A stretch of 64,000 bases of DNA, taken from Ginglymostoma cirratum (Eukaryota). Location: positions 13,419,811 through 13,483,810 of the forward strand of contig JAHRHZ010000274.1 of NCBI GenBank assembly GCA_024137785.1. The letters are read 5' to 3'. Each line of letters begins with the position of its first letter. Position 1 is the stretch's first letter. The notes under the pieces were generated by a model. That model was not told the DNA's origin, searched no databases, and saw nothing but the letters and a program-made list of their open reading frames with translations. A program made the translations under genes and the position numbers. Shown here piece by piece: positions 26,501-39,989 of this stretch.

Positions 26501-27199
26501 TTTGTATTTTGTTTATGTTCTGCAAGCAATTTAAATCTATAACAAATAATTTCTGTGGATTAGTTTGTAAAGAATGATACCAAGGTTACATCATTCAAAT
26601 GCTCATTTTTAATATCTTCAAATAACAATATAACTGAACTAAGTACATAGCAACAATAATGCTGCTTACAGTGGATGTAATAGGAAATGGTTGTAATTCT
26701 ATACACTTAATCTAATTACAAGTATCTCAAGTTTAAGCTTCAGTGAAATCTTTTGCATTATTAAACCAGGAGGTTAGAATATTGAATGAGACAAGCCACA
26801 GAGTGATCAATCTCAAAGAGCATCTCTATTATTTCCTATTTCTCATGCAGCACATAATAATACTAATGTAATTATGTCTAAAGCCAATGTTTCTGTGGAC
26901 AAACATCCTCATGCTTATTGAATAGTTATGTTTATGTATTTACATGTAGGCTAGTTTGCAAAAGAGAATGTTTTGGTTAAACAAAGGGCAAATTCCAGGC
27001 ACACTATTGATATATTAAGGCTCCCTATTATGTGTTGAGTTTCTTTCTGGTGAATACCAGATACCAAATGAGAGCTCTGAATGGATTAGCTTAGCTCTAA
27101 ATAAGCTTCATCCTACGTATTAAGTCAATCATGCACACGTCAAGTAAAGGTGGTCTGAAAAACAATTATTGACCTAGTTAGAAAACTGGCTGAATGCAG

Positions 27200-28190
27200 A
27201 AAACAAAATGTAGGGATAATGGGGAGGAATTGTCATCACTATAATATAAGTAGTGGTCTCCCAGAAATATCTGTGTCAGAACCTCGACTATTAACCATAC
27301 CAACCTGGATGATGGGATAGAAAGCTGCATGATCAAATACACCAATGATGAATTATGGATGCCATTATAAGACAATGTAAATGAAGGCGATGTAATAAAA
27401 AGACATTGGTGGTTTAGTTGACTTTGCAAAACAGTGATAAGTGGATTTCAGCGTAGGCAAATATGAGGTCATCCACTTTGGACCTAAGAAGGATGGAACA
27501 CGGAATTTTCTAAATGGTGGAAAGCTACAAATAGTAATTTCTTAAAAGGGACCAGTTATGTGGATGATTAAACTGTCACAAAATAATCAAAAAGGCTAAT
27601 GAGAAACTGGTGTTTTTAAATAAATGACTGGAATGCTAGGGGACAGATTTCATGCTTCACCAGTACAAAACCCTGTTTAGAGCACAGCAGAAGTATTATG
27701 AACAATTCTGGGTGCCACACTGAAGAAGTACATATTAGCCTTGAAGCGAAAAAGGCATTGAATGATATCTGAACTCTAAAGGTTAAATTACAAGGAGCAG
27801 TTGTACAAATGATAGTCGTACTCACCAGAAATTAGAAGTTTAGCGTGTGATTTGATCCAAATTTTCAAGATAAAAAGTATGACAAATGGAATATGTAAAA
27901 GCAAACTTTTTGTACTTGTTAGAATGTCTAGGACAAGGAGGGCACAACCTAAGCAGTAAACTAGCACTTACAGCAGTGAAATTAGAAAATATTTCTATAC
28001 ACAAAGGAAACACTTCTACATGCACAGAGTGGTAGCATTTGGAACTTTCTTCCAGAAATGGCGACTGACGCTAGATCATTTTTTAGTTTTAAAACTAAGA
28101 TTGATAGATAGTTGTCACAGATCAGATATGATCTCAATGATTTCAGAACAGGCACAAGGGACAACATGACTTCTTCTGTTCCTATCTTTC
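27200..28190 (+). mobile_element. Old CR1 LINE, RT region to 3' end, heavily decayed
   Basis: gtggtctcccagaaatatctgtg.., aaatatgaggtcatccactttggacctaagaa (KCEVIHFG-like), caattctgggtgccacac (QFW.P), tail cttcttctgttcctat. Confidence 0.75.
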
Positions 28191-30764
28191 TAGGGTAAGG
28201 GGATAAGTAATTTTGCTAGTTGTATAGATTAACATTGTTCCTTACTTGGCAGGCAGCTCCTGGTCAACAATACCCATAGTAATGGCCAAGAGCATGCTCA
28301 GCACAATCTGTTTCGAAGGGTTTTAACATCAGTATTAAAAAATGCAGTGCTAACAGTATTTACCTGTTCTACAGAGACAGGATATTTATAAATTCCGTCA
28401 AATTAAATTCTAAAACATTTGTGAAATTTGACAATTCTGACGTTTAGTCTACTGTAGCAGTCTGCTATGCTACTTTATGCACTCAAGTATACAACCTTTG
28501 TAAGTGTCACTTGTTTTTAAACCAGAATGTTTCCCTGATGGTTACCATGGCAATGTGTTCTTTCAAGTGTTTAGTCTTGCGGTCCATGCCCCCATTCTCC
28601 CTTTGTAAGTAAAAAATTGCTTTAATCATTCATCTAGCAGAGTCTAGCCAATGCAACCATTGTACTTGGACTCGATGCTGCAAATGTATTACAATAATTA
28701 TTTTGCAAAGCTATTTGATTTTGTAGTACATGAACTTTTCTTGATTCTGTAGCTCTGAAAACATATGTCAAGCAATTACAGTTAGCAGGAGTGTACTGTT
28801 GAATAGTGCACAAGAAGCATGGGAAATGTGTTCACTTTACCTTGTTAGGACTCAGTGATATTGTCATATTTATGGACTGTTTAGTACATTGACAACCCCA
28901 GTTTTTGTGTCAAAATGTAAGCATCTCTAGTTGCTTTGCAAATCATGAATCACTTTTCAACATTATGTTCTGGCATTTAGGGTATAATTATATATAGCTA
29001 TTGTATGGCACAAGCTCAGAATATGTAAATGCAACAAAAGCACACCCAAATCACGCTATATTGCTCTTTGGCCTGGAATTATATCAAAATGCCAGTTTCT
29101 ACAGTTAACAATGATCCGAAAAGACCGTTATCTGTCTGCTTGTGTTAAAGAAGTGAAATGAAATGTTAGGTTTTCATCTTTGTGACACAAAACACGTATT
29201 AGGAATTCACACCATATCCAAAAATGTTCATTGACTGAATATAGTGGAGAGGAATTTAGCAGTGAATTCTGAAGTATATTTCTGGGTGTGAAACGCTAAA
29301 TTGAGAGTTCTGGAGATGGAAATTTAACCCCTAGCTTAAAGCAATCCCAATGGACTGTTTGAAGTGTGGTTGGCACTGTTGCTGTATAGTCTGAAGCTTA
29401 ACTATCCTTCACCTTCATATTTCTAATTGAAGGCAGGGACTTGGAGATTATTTGGAAAACACATGCAAATATTTTTTATTAGAGTTAGGAAAATGAGATG
29501 GGCGATGAATCCACTGGAACAGAGATTGAAAACTGTGCTATGGGTTTTGCTCTGAACTCCACAATAGCCAACCAGTCAACTGAGCTAACCAAGCCCCCAC
29601 TCCAATGTAACTTTTTAACTGGCTGCACGTATGATTCATCCAAAAATGTGGCAAAAATTGTGGCTCTAAATATGTGCAGGATATAGGAAACAGTATTGAT
29701 AATATTAATATTACCTGGATAAAATCATCAACTTTATTAACCTTCTTTTTCAAACTGAACCTTTTCTTTAAATTCCATAACATGTCCCCTTGGTTTGTAT
29801 CCAGTTGTACTACAAAGTCTTACAGATCAAGGTTGGTCTTGAAGAAATCCGTTGTTTCACATAATCTTATTGATTTATATCTAGTCCCAGCACTTTACCC
29901 TATAATCAGGGCGTGAAGCCTACAGTGTCGGATAAGGTAGAACAGGCCTTTTTACACTGGCGGCTCATATTGCAACAATTTCATGAGGCTGCTCAAAGAG
30001 TGAAGTTCCTGATTCTATCAAGGTGTTGTTTGAATGTAGGAAACTGAGAAAACTATTGAATGGCTCAAGCCCATCATTCTTATTTTACCCAACTAACCAT
30101 GAGCTTCAAATTAAAACTCGGGAAAATTAGACACAAACAAATTATACGTTTGAGTGAATTGCTTTGTCGACTATTTGAGAAGTTAAAACAGAATGTAGAT
30201 AAATTTACTTTGAAAGTTCCTATAAATGTGTAAGTTAAATTAAGAATGTAATATAGAATAATTTAAAAGATAACTTTTAAGAAGTCTTTTTATTGTCAAT
30301 CAAACCTAGAGCAGCAGGATGTGAGTACATCCGATGAGATGAACGTAGAGAGATTGATGGGTACAGGAGGGAAAGTGAGAAAGCTAGAGCTATGAACCAG
30401 AAAGGAGTCAATGAAGGTTTCAAAGAGCTCACACAGCAGGCAGCAGAGTAGATGGCAAAAATAATTGATGCAATGCATAAGAAAAAAAGAGACGCACAAT
30501 AATGCAAGAAGCCAAGACAGTTGATAGAAAAGGGCAATGTCATTGATATATGGACAAGGCACAAGGGATTCATCCACTTGCCTTTCAATACTTGAAATTT
30601 GTTGCATTTTTTTTTCAGGACACTATGGCAAACAAGGCCCTGTTAATACAAATGTGTTGGGAAACAAATCAAACATCACAGTATGAGATAGTAGGAACTT
30701 TTCTATTGGTCGTACCTAACTATGGAGATATCATCCTTTGCATATCTGCTTAGAGATGTTATCA

Positions 30765-30846
30765 CACGCATCTGGAGCAGGTGGGACTTGAACTTGGGCC
30801 TCCTGGCTCAGAGATAAGGACTCTACCACTGACCCACAAGACCCCT
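30765..30846 (-). mobile_element. tRNA-derived SINE head (Pol III A and B boxes) with 8-bp TSD
   Basis: Minus strand ggggtcttgtgggtcagtggtagagtcc..caagttcaagtcccacctgctccaga has A-box-like TGGGTCAGTGG and B-box-like GTTCAAGTCC. It is flanked by tgttatca at 30757-30764 and 30847-30854. Confidence 0.8.
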
Positions 30847-32084
30847 TGTTATCAACTTTTATAATTAGCTGACACATGAATGCCTGATTTGAATGAACTG
30901 CTTAAAACTTTTAGAAGTCTGAAATCTTAGGCAGACTTTGCCAAATACCTGAAAAAGGCCTGGTCAAGAGAGATAAATTTACATTTTCGCAATGTGTTGG
31001 CAGACTGCAAGTTTTGGCATCGAATGCATCATCCAGTAATTCGACGTGTGCTCCACTATCATTCACCAAATGATCATACTTCTTGTTCGTTATCTCAAAA
31101 ACAAAAAGGGCTCCTTCCTTTGCAGTTGTCTTCCAAAGGATTTTTATCTGTCCATCTAATCCTGCCTCCCTAGAAATGGGTTTGCCACTGGTCCCCAGCA
31201 CCAAACCAGAAAGAGAATGGAATAGCGATGACTTAAATCCTGAACTTTGATTGAATGTTAATACGCTAAAAAAAGTCAACTTAAATAACTGAATCTGCAT
31301 AGTAAGAAATCCAGATGCCATTGAAATGTTCGAGTGCAGGTTACTGCCATCAGGTGTGAAAACAGTTTACTCAATTTAATGTTTCTTCTCAACCAGTTAG
31401 GACTGATAAAATTCAATTTTAAAGAACAAGGTATAAATATGTACGTACAAAGCCAAGCTCTAATTAAACATCAGCTACAAAAATTGATAAACAATTATTG
31501 TAATCAAGAGAAATAGCAGATACTGACTGATGCTTCAATTGTGTGTTTTACTTATTATGTTCTTATTTACATTAACAGGACCCCGTCCTGAAAAGCGTGT
31601 GTGGAAGCTTCAGGTCTTTTGAATGGCAAGGGGCTCAATCCCTTGCAGCTTGTTCATAGAATGACAATTGTATCAGTGCAACTGCTCTTTTCTGTCAATT
31701 GCATTAGCTTCTTTAGTTATTTGCCATACGGATTTTTTATTGCATCCAATGTCTTTGCCATCAACATCCACTCTCCTGCCTACTGTATGTACTCCTTTGT
31801 GACTCTCGTATTGACTTATTTCTGTTTCTTTGTTGGCCCTCATTTAAACACACAGCAGCTTGCCATTTCCTCACTGGCATCCCAAGAACTTCAGATGACT
31901 TTAAATGCATTAACTGCTGTGTAGACAAAAGCTAGAATCATACTAGCTGACAAATGGCTATAAATTGAATTATTAATAAATTATTCCTGCCCTGTTGGTT
32001 AAGGGAATAATACAATAAACAACTAATGAATTATCCCAGACCACATAAAAAGTTCAAAACAATAATGTAGGAGTTTTCTTTTCC

Positions 32085-32690
32085 CTTTATGTTCTCATGG
32101 GATGTGGCTGCCACTGCCAAGTCCAGCGTTTGATGCCCATCCCTATTTGCCCTTTAGAATATTTGGTCAGCTGCCTTGGTCACTGTACTCCATATGGTGT
32201 AGGTACACCCACAGTGCTGATAGAACTTCATGCAGTTTTAGTGAAGAAATGATGAAAGAGTTTCAAATGAGGGTAGTGTCTGACTTGGTGGTGTTCCTGT
32301 CTATCTGCTATGCTTGTCCTTCTAGGTGTTAGAAGTCACAGGGTCGCAAAGATGCTGCCAAAGGAGATTTAATGATTTGCTGCAGTGGATCTTGTAGATG
32401 GTATACACTGCTGCTACAGTGCGCCTGCAGTGCAAAGAGTGATTGTTTTAAGTACGGACAGGATGCTGATAAAACAATAGGGCTGCTTTGTCCTGGATAA
32501 TGGAAACTTCTTGAGTGTAGTTGGCGTTAGATTTGTCCAGACACACCCAACTTATACATCATTGATGGTGGACAGGCTCTGGGGACCTAGGAGGTGGGTT
32601 ACTGCAGAATTCCCAGTCTCTGACCTGCTCTTGTAGATACAGTATTTTTGTGATTGGATCAGTAAAACATCTGTCCACAGTCTTAACTGG
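32085..32690 (-). mobile_element. CR1/L2-group LINE 3' part
   Basis: ctcatgggatgtggctgccactgcc..gatgcccatccctatttgccc tail and gcagtggatcttgtagatggtatacactgctgctac, the reverse of the 63690-63720 motif. Confidence 0.85.
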
Positions 32691-32974
32691 AGAATGAGAT
32701 ACACCATTGGGCTGAGATGCAGGGGGTGGGGGAAAATCAACTTGACATAGTTAGTAGCATTAGTTACTTTGCATCCTATACCATGGCCTAATCTATATTA
32801 ATACTCCATTGCAAAGGTCCCTTGTCCCTGTGATTCAGTTAATGTTAAATTTGAAGAGAATAACATTTTCCCAGTGAAGATTTGGCACCCAACATGTACA
32901 CTGTATACTTTACAGCAATTTTAAATTCATTGCATTTGAAACATTTTGAAATGCTTCTGAACAAGTCTATCTTA

Positions 32975-33350
32975 TGAAAAAGAAATACTGCAGATGCTGA
33001 AAATCTGATAAAAACAGAAAATACAGCTAATGTAAAAGGTCAGGAAACACCTGTAGAGAAAGAAAGAGTTAACATTTATGGTTGATAACTAACCTTTTTT
33101 TCAGAACTAGAAAAAATCTAGAGAAAGAAATGGTTTTAATCAAGAAGAGGGGAGGGTGGAAAAACTCTAAAGAGAATATCTGTGGAAGGGAGAAGGCAAG
33201 AGAGATTAAATTAAATGAGGGATGATGGTACAAGACAGAAATGGGTGAACGGGATATTAGAAGAATCAAAAGATGGGTCTGAGGGAGTAGAAATGACCAA
33301 AGCAGAATTCGACCAAGCAGCTGTCTGAAAAATTGGGAACAATAATTATG
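32975..33350 (-). mobile_element. Penelope-like element 3' region (terminal repeat plus purine-rich adjacent body)
   Basis: gaaatactgcagatgctgaaaatctgataaaaacagaaaat..ctgtagagaaagaaagagttaacattt..ttcagaact followed by a purine-rich tract. Confidence 0.65.
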
Positions 33351-35899
33351 GTCTACTTTTGTTATAAATCTCTAACTGTAAGCTTTTCTTCTTTTGAAAA
33401 AATTGCAGGCAGGTACTTTAGCAAAATGTGTACCCTTTTCTTTTCATGAACTTGTACTTCTTGTGGGCATTCTTGTGTTTAAGGAGTGGATAAGACTCAT
33501 TGTTGGTAATGAGCACATAGCCTTATGGCGTATGAAGCAATACAATGCGAAGGACTGAGTTAAGCTTCTGTTTAATAGCTAACTTAAAATGAAAGTTATA
33601 ATTGAGCAAAGTTCACTGTCTTAGTTTGGAAAATCATTTAAGTTGAATGCCATGCAGCTCACTATTAGATATCTGTTGTTCAGATATGCTTCCAAGAAAG
33701 TTTGAGTGGAGTTAAACCATTTACTTCATTAACAACAACTTTTATTTTCTACTCTTTGATATTTGCAAGAATATGCTCTAAATCTAATAGCCTAATGCAA
33801 ATAAAGCTACTGTGCTGTCTGATAATTTATTAATAGCAACATCCTTCATGTAAACAGACAAATCACAATTTTTATAAGCAAAGAACACTAAAAATCTCCG
33901 AATATTTAATAATAAAACTTAATTTAAAAACTCTAAGAGTCAACATCTGGAAGCAAAATTGCTTCTGAAAGGCAGCTTAGTGTTTTCAATAGCAGGGACT
34001 CTCAATTGGGCTTCATTTTAGGTTCCTTAACTTGTCCTCTAATTGAACACTCTTCTACAATGTATGGGTATAGAAAACTCTCGAAAGACCGCGTCAGCGA
34101 ATAATGCTTGATGATAGTAGCAAGCACTGCATGTCGAGGATAAAGACTAGCAAGGAGGCCCAACACCACTACAGAGACATGCACGTCTCGTCGGCTGATC
34201 AGAGAGTGGCATTGACAATGACCATGGTCTCTGGCGGTCTATCCTCCTGACTGAAGAGGAAGCTTGGCAGTGGGTGGCAGCGATAGGAATCTGTTGGGGG
34301 TTGGGAGATGGACTATTGGTTAGAGGAGGGGGGGAAAGTGTCCAAGCAGAAAGTCGGCTTGAGGAAATCAGATGTGTTACTTCTCCTTTGATCATATCAC
34401 TCACCCCAGTGGCCTGACGCAGAGCAGGGTCTGTCAGACTGTGTTGCCGAAAACTGACAAGAACAAGATCAGACCAGCATGACATCTAGACACATAAACT
34501 GTCAGTCACACTAGAGTGAATTGCCTGCTAATTATTCCTTTGATAATGCATTGCATATGTTTAAGCAAGGATGGTGTGACCGAGGGCGCATGGCAACCAC
34601 TACTAAGCTGATCATTTTCATCTATCACAGAATTTATCCCACACCTCCAGTGGTTTAGACTGCTCACTGGTCTAGTAGCTTTGACCCTTTCCACTGCATG
34701 ATTGCCTAAATAACCTTCTCACACTACTCTTAAACAGAACGAGTCACGCTATTGAGGAAATCGGATACTTCTAATTCACTTAATAGCCGGAGAACATCCT
34801 AGCTAATTCCCTTAAGTACACGCTGAATAGCTACATTTCAGAAGCAAGTGATTTTTATCTAGTCATTTGCAGTGAGGGAAAAAAATTAAGAATACAAATT
34901 TCTTTTGAACTTCCCACTTAGATCAAGCACAATTTAAACTAAAACAAAAGCAGCTGTTGGAAAATTGTCACTACTGAGTCTGCTCTGGTTACCAGCTTTT
35001 TCTTCCAAATGTGGTAATGACACATGGTGGTTACTTAAAGCTTCATATAATTTTTCTCTGAAGGTGTAATTACCTTGCCATTAGAAATTTATTGAAGAAA
35101 CCTTTTCACAGGAAAATTATCCCAAGTGTAGGCACACGGATGATGCAATTCTGAACTTCACTACTTTATTGCCCTGATGTAAAGATTCACTCATTCTGGA
35201 GGGCTATTACAGGCTGGCAGAACATTTTCCCTTTCATAAGGTTTCTCATGCTTCTTTTTCTACCCTGCTGACTGTTGTCCAAGGTCTAAATTCCTTCCAT
35301 GTAAGATTACTGTATTTGTGGTCTGTTAAATTGAGAGACTTTTATGCACTCTATTTCTCCTTTTCTCCTGTTTTAGCTCAGCACGTTAAAGGACTTAAAT
35401 TATAAAGAAGGCTCATTGATATAGGTCCACTCAGCAATGGAATTGGTTGAAAGAGGACCAGCTAGCTTTCCAGGGTCTGTTTTTGCAACTTTGCAACATC
35501 AACTACAAAGAACATAAAAATGATTCACATGTGAAAAAATTATTTCAATTAAATATTTTGTTGATTACCTTTTTCTTTCAGCCAGGATATAAAATGTACA
35601 AAATTTGTACTCTGAAATGCAGTATAGAAAGGGATTCCAAAATTGGTAATCTCGTTTCACGATTATGATAAATTTATGCATACATACACTCAAGTCTTCG
35701 GAGTATTTCTCTAAATCTATAAAATAATGCACAATTTTGAAAATGAGTGCAAATAATTTTTATTTGGATGTAGAATAGAACAGTCTGTATAAATTATCTC
35801 AAATGGGTCAACAGTAGATGTTCTCTACAACTTAATGTTCCATTGTAAGGCAGGAGATACAAAGTCAAGACAAGGAGCTTTTTCTCGTGGTCACACCAT

Positions 35900-36607
35900 G
35901 GGCAGATTTTAAGTAGACAATGAGAGCCTAGGATGTTCCCAGGCTTTTAGGGTGCATCATTGTGGGGAAGATATGCTATATTAATTATCAATTAGGCAGA
36001 GGCAGACCTACCCCAGGATCAAGGATGCTGGGAATGAAAGTCCCATCTGCCAAGAACTGCCAGGCAATGAGAGACCAGTAGCTGGGCATTGAAAGTCAGT
36101 GCCACTGGGGTGATGCCTCCTTTTGGTAATGCACCAACCTGAGGTCCAGGATCACCAAGACACCCAGGGGAGGGGTGAGTGGTGGCACAAGTGGAATTGA
36201 GAATTGGAGAGGTTGAGGAGGAGCTATGGTGTTGGAGGTGGGGGAGGTGTCAGAGATAATGACAGGGGTCACCTCTCAGTGGATGATCAATCTGACCCTT
36301 GACTGCAGAAAACCTCCAGGAAGCCTGAGAAGAACTCAACTGGTTTACTCTTTGGCCTTCCTGGAAAGCAAGCTCTCTGTCCACAACTGAATGAATAGCA
36401 GTGGAGGCAGGGTGAGAGTGGGCTATTGTTGCCCATTTAATGTCCTCAATTGGTGGTGGAGCAAGCAGACCATCCATGAGCCTTCCACTCATAGACTTGC
36501 ATAGAGCAGAGGTGAAAAGGCAATAGGATCATGTTCCGCCTCTCTCCTGTCTGATTAAATGTCTCCACTGCCAAACCCACCACTGCAAAGGGCATTAAAT
36601 TCTGCCC
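35900..36607. mobile_element. Non-autonomous DNA transposon (PIF/Harbinger-like MITE) with 12-bp TIRs
   Basis: gggcagatttta (35900-35911) and taaattctgccc (36596-36607) are 11/12 inverted matches; the 3-bp flanks are cat and cag. GGG-starting TIRs with a 3-bp TSD fit Harbinger (inference). Confidence 0.6.
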
Positions 36608-38030
36608 CAGACATGAATAAGACCAACATGGCAATCAAAAGCCTCATGCATGACACCAATCAATGTTCAAGCTGACACGATGGCAACTCCAAGCAACACA
36701 CTAATGCTGAAACTACTGACCAAGCAATAGCTAGCATGGCTCAGGAGGAGAAGGTTGCGATGAAAAGACAACAGGAAGATACACGTTGATATAGCATCTC
36801 ATCATGTCCCTCTGAAACAACTCAAAACATCAGTATTCACTGTTGGATAGTGCTGATGACATCTTCATGTTTTACTAAGATTTATAGCATGAAGGAAGTG
36901 AACAGCTAACTATGCATGATCTAAAAGTTTCTGGTGTGCTATAGCAAGATGCTAATTGCAGGAGACCTGAAATCCTCTACACCATTCCTCACAACAATTA
37001 AGAGTACTATTGAAAGAGGTTATGTTACTGGACCGATAAGGTCTAGACTAATGATCTGGAGGCAACTGTTCAAATATTATTATTGGAGCTGAGGAAGTAA
37101 CTCAAAGATTTTATGCACAAATTACACAATCAGTAATCACTATGATAGATTGGGCTGGATTAAATTTGTCATTTGACACTATTTACCAGCACGGTGTTTT
37201 GGAATAATCATGTAGGTGTACAAACTTGTAAAACTCTTGCATAAACAGATTGAGGAATGTAACAGTTAATTTTGGGGAAGGCTGCAATCTTGATATGTGA
37301 AAATCCATGCGTATGTCAGCACATGTGGAAGCCTATCTGTATACTGAGACCTTTCAACACCACTGCCGCAGCTTTTTTGTTTATTTACGCAGTTTCACAA
37401 ATAATTTATTCTGTTTTTTTTACTGTTGCTGCCCCCACCAAACTCTGGCCACTCTTGACGACTATTTAGTTTCCTCATGGTTGCACTAGCCTTGTCATAC
37501 TGGTAATTTCCCACCATGTCACCTAAAATTAGGCATTCTTACCAATGTTCCACTAAGCTGTGCAATCGTACAACAACCCAGAAGTTCCAAAGCAGTCTGC
37601 GTACAGGTTGGCACATCTAAATAAGATTAAAGGTGCTATAGACTTAAAAAAAAGCTCCAAAAACATATTAAAGGTACATTGCTCCCAGCTGATGTCCCAG
37701 CACTGAAAAAAAGTGCGCTCAATTCTCCACACAATTCAGAACCCTTCAATATCTACTTGTATCAAATACATATTATACCTGAAATAAGCAGCTTTGCAAA
37801 CAGTGATCACTCTTGCAGGTGAAGGAGAAAATAAACATCCCGTGATCTGTGGGGATAATCACAATGATCCTGAAATTATTGTGTTGTGAAATGATAACTT
37901 ATGATGCTGCAACATTTGACTAAAATTTCTGCCTCCACTGAGTAGGTGAAGGCACTGAATTAAATAGTTTAAACTAGATTAAATAGGTTGCTTTGTTAAA
38001 GTAAAGAAAGGCGAATTTCAGTTCATACAT

Positions 38031-38269
38031 AAAAACTCAAAGAACTGTGGATGCTGTAAATCAGAAACAAAAAAAACACAGAAATTGCTGGAAAGGCTCA
38101 GCAGGTCTGGCAACACCTGTGGAGAGAAATCAGAGTTAATTTTTCATGTCCAGGGACCCTTCTTCACATCTCTGAGGAAGGGTCATTGAACCCAAAACGT
38201 TAACTCTGATTTCTCTCCACTGATGCTGCCGGACCTGCTGAGCCTTTCCAGCAATTTCCGTTTTTGTTC
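38031..38269. mobile_element. Penelope-derived fold-back element with decayed hammerhead cores and ~12-bp TSD
   Basis: Arms gaaattgctggaaaggctcagcaggtc.. / ..gacctgctgagcctttccagcaatttc. Plus-strand core ctgaggaagggtcattgaacccaaaacgtt (38172). TSD cagttcatacat (38019-38030) / cagatgatacat (38270-38281). Confidence 0.85.
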
Positions 38270-38789
38270 CAGATGATACATGTTACTGTGACCCACCGAC
38301 ATTTTTGTATTTATTAGTGAGTGAAAATCAGAAGCATTCTTCTGATAGTGAAACCAAACATGTGGAAAATGTTTTAGAATGCACAACTTCCACAGTGAAA
38401 TGATGCCACTGCTCTAGAATACAAAGCACTCAGCTCCACATTTCAACATCTATTTGTTGAATAAAGTCAGGCAGTAAACAATAGTGATTTTATTTTCATC
38501 TGAAACCTGGTAATACCGTAGGTCATAGGTCACAAGCTCCATCACTCTTGAAGCCAGATGTCATGTGTCCAATCAATGACATTCAGATCCCTGAAAAATG
38601 TATATTCCTCCCATGGCCAATTGTTCAGTTGTGGCAGAAATTAATGTGCATGCTGTATTATGAATAACACTCAGTATCTCAGTACATTTCATTGGTACTC
38701 CAGTTTCAAGGTTCAGAATAGTTTAAATTTTACTCTCATAGTAGCAAAACTTCAGTTGAATTATTATTACTTTGATTTTCATTCACGAA

Positions 38790-39110
38790 GACAGAGCAAA
38801 TTCTCAGTTCAATTTGTTGTCTGTGTACTGAGTTTGCAGATCTTACCTAGGGTGACAACTGATGTACTACAATTGGCTTCAACAGAATTTGACCAGGCGA
38901 ATGAAAATCAGCCAATGTTTCCAATGTTTCTCTTCCCTGCAGAAAAGTGCTGATGTGTGGACATCTGTAGATTACAGGATCGAAAATACTATTGATCCTG
39001 GACCCTCAGAAAGCAAAATCTGTATTTAGCTGAAATACAAGAGGATGCTGATACCTGTAGCATCGTAGTTGGGAAATGTTAATCTGGAAAGAGGAGAAAA
39101 TTGGAATGAT
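38790..39110 (+). mobile_element. AmnSINE2-like SINE
   Basis: tactacaattggcttc..gaaaatcagccaatgtttcc..cctgcagaaaagtgctgatgtgtggacatc..gaggagaaaattgg resembles the recalled AmnSINE2 body. Paralogs lie at 53760-54095 and 56720-57090. Confidence 0.6.
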
Positions 39111-39989
39111 AAGTTAGATACCCTTTTCTGATACTTTATGACAAATGATTTCATTAAGTCAAAGAACAATTTCAATCAAGTGTTCAATCAATCTGCATGC
39201 TTTAACAGTCACTGTCAGACAATTATTGGATTTCAGGCAAGTTACACAATACCATGTGAAAAGGAATTGTTTTTGAACTTATTTAATCTTGTTGAGTATT
39301 TCATGCAAAATTTAAGGTAAATCTTTCTACAATAATGGCAGGTCCTTTTGGTGAAACATGATGTGCAGAACACAGGTGTTTTACATTATATTTACAAAAT
39401 AGTAATGTTACCTGTTTTTGTGTATGAAATATTCCACTGAAGGATGTTTCTGTCCTGTGCAAATGATTATGCTTGAGACTGAGTTCTAATGGTGGAAGAT
39501 GGTGATGGAGAGGGGGAAAAGGGTGCAAATGCATTAATAAAATTGCAAGCTTTGAATTAGGATTTTAAACATGTGAATGTCAAGCCAGGACTTTACTTGT
39601 AAACAGATAATTCAACCCCCAAAAAATGCAGTATTGTAAAAAGCAGCCACGTACCACTTAAGGCTGAATAAGACAGTTGAAAAAAGATTTTTTTTTTCTA
39701 ATAATTTGTAAAAAGTATGTTACAAAACATTTCAGCTTGAAAATTACAGAAGGTGCAAGAAAATTCAACTTGTCCCCACAAAGCATGTTCCAGTGTTGTG
39801 TATCTCAATATGATTGCAGTACTTATGATATTCATTCTTTGTCCGGCATGCAGCCCAAGGGCAAAACATTTCAAACTGTAAATTACAGAAAGTGCAATAG
39901 AAATATTTTTTTCTGCGTGCCTTCCTCTGTTTGAAGTGTTTCAATCGAATTTCAGTACTCCTGATGTTCATATATTCCTTGTCAGGCAA

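Noticed and set aside
39271-39286. 16-bp match (ttttgaacttatttaa) to the inner end of the 14264 arm
   Set aside because: AT-rich and does not extend; likely chance.
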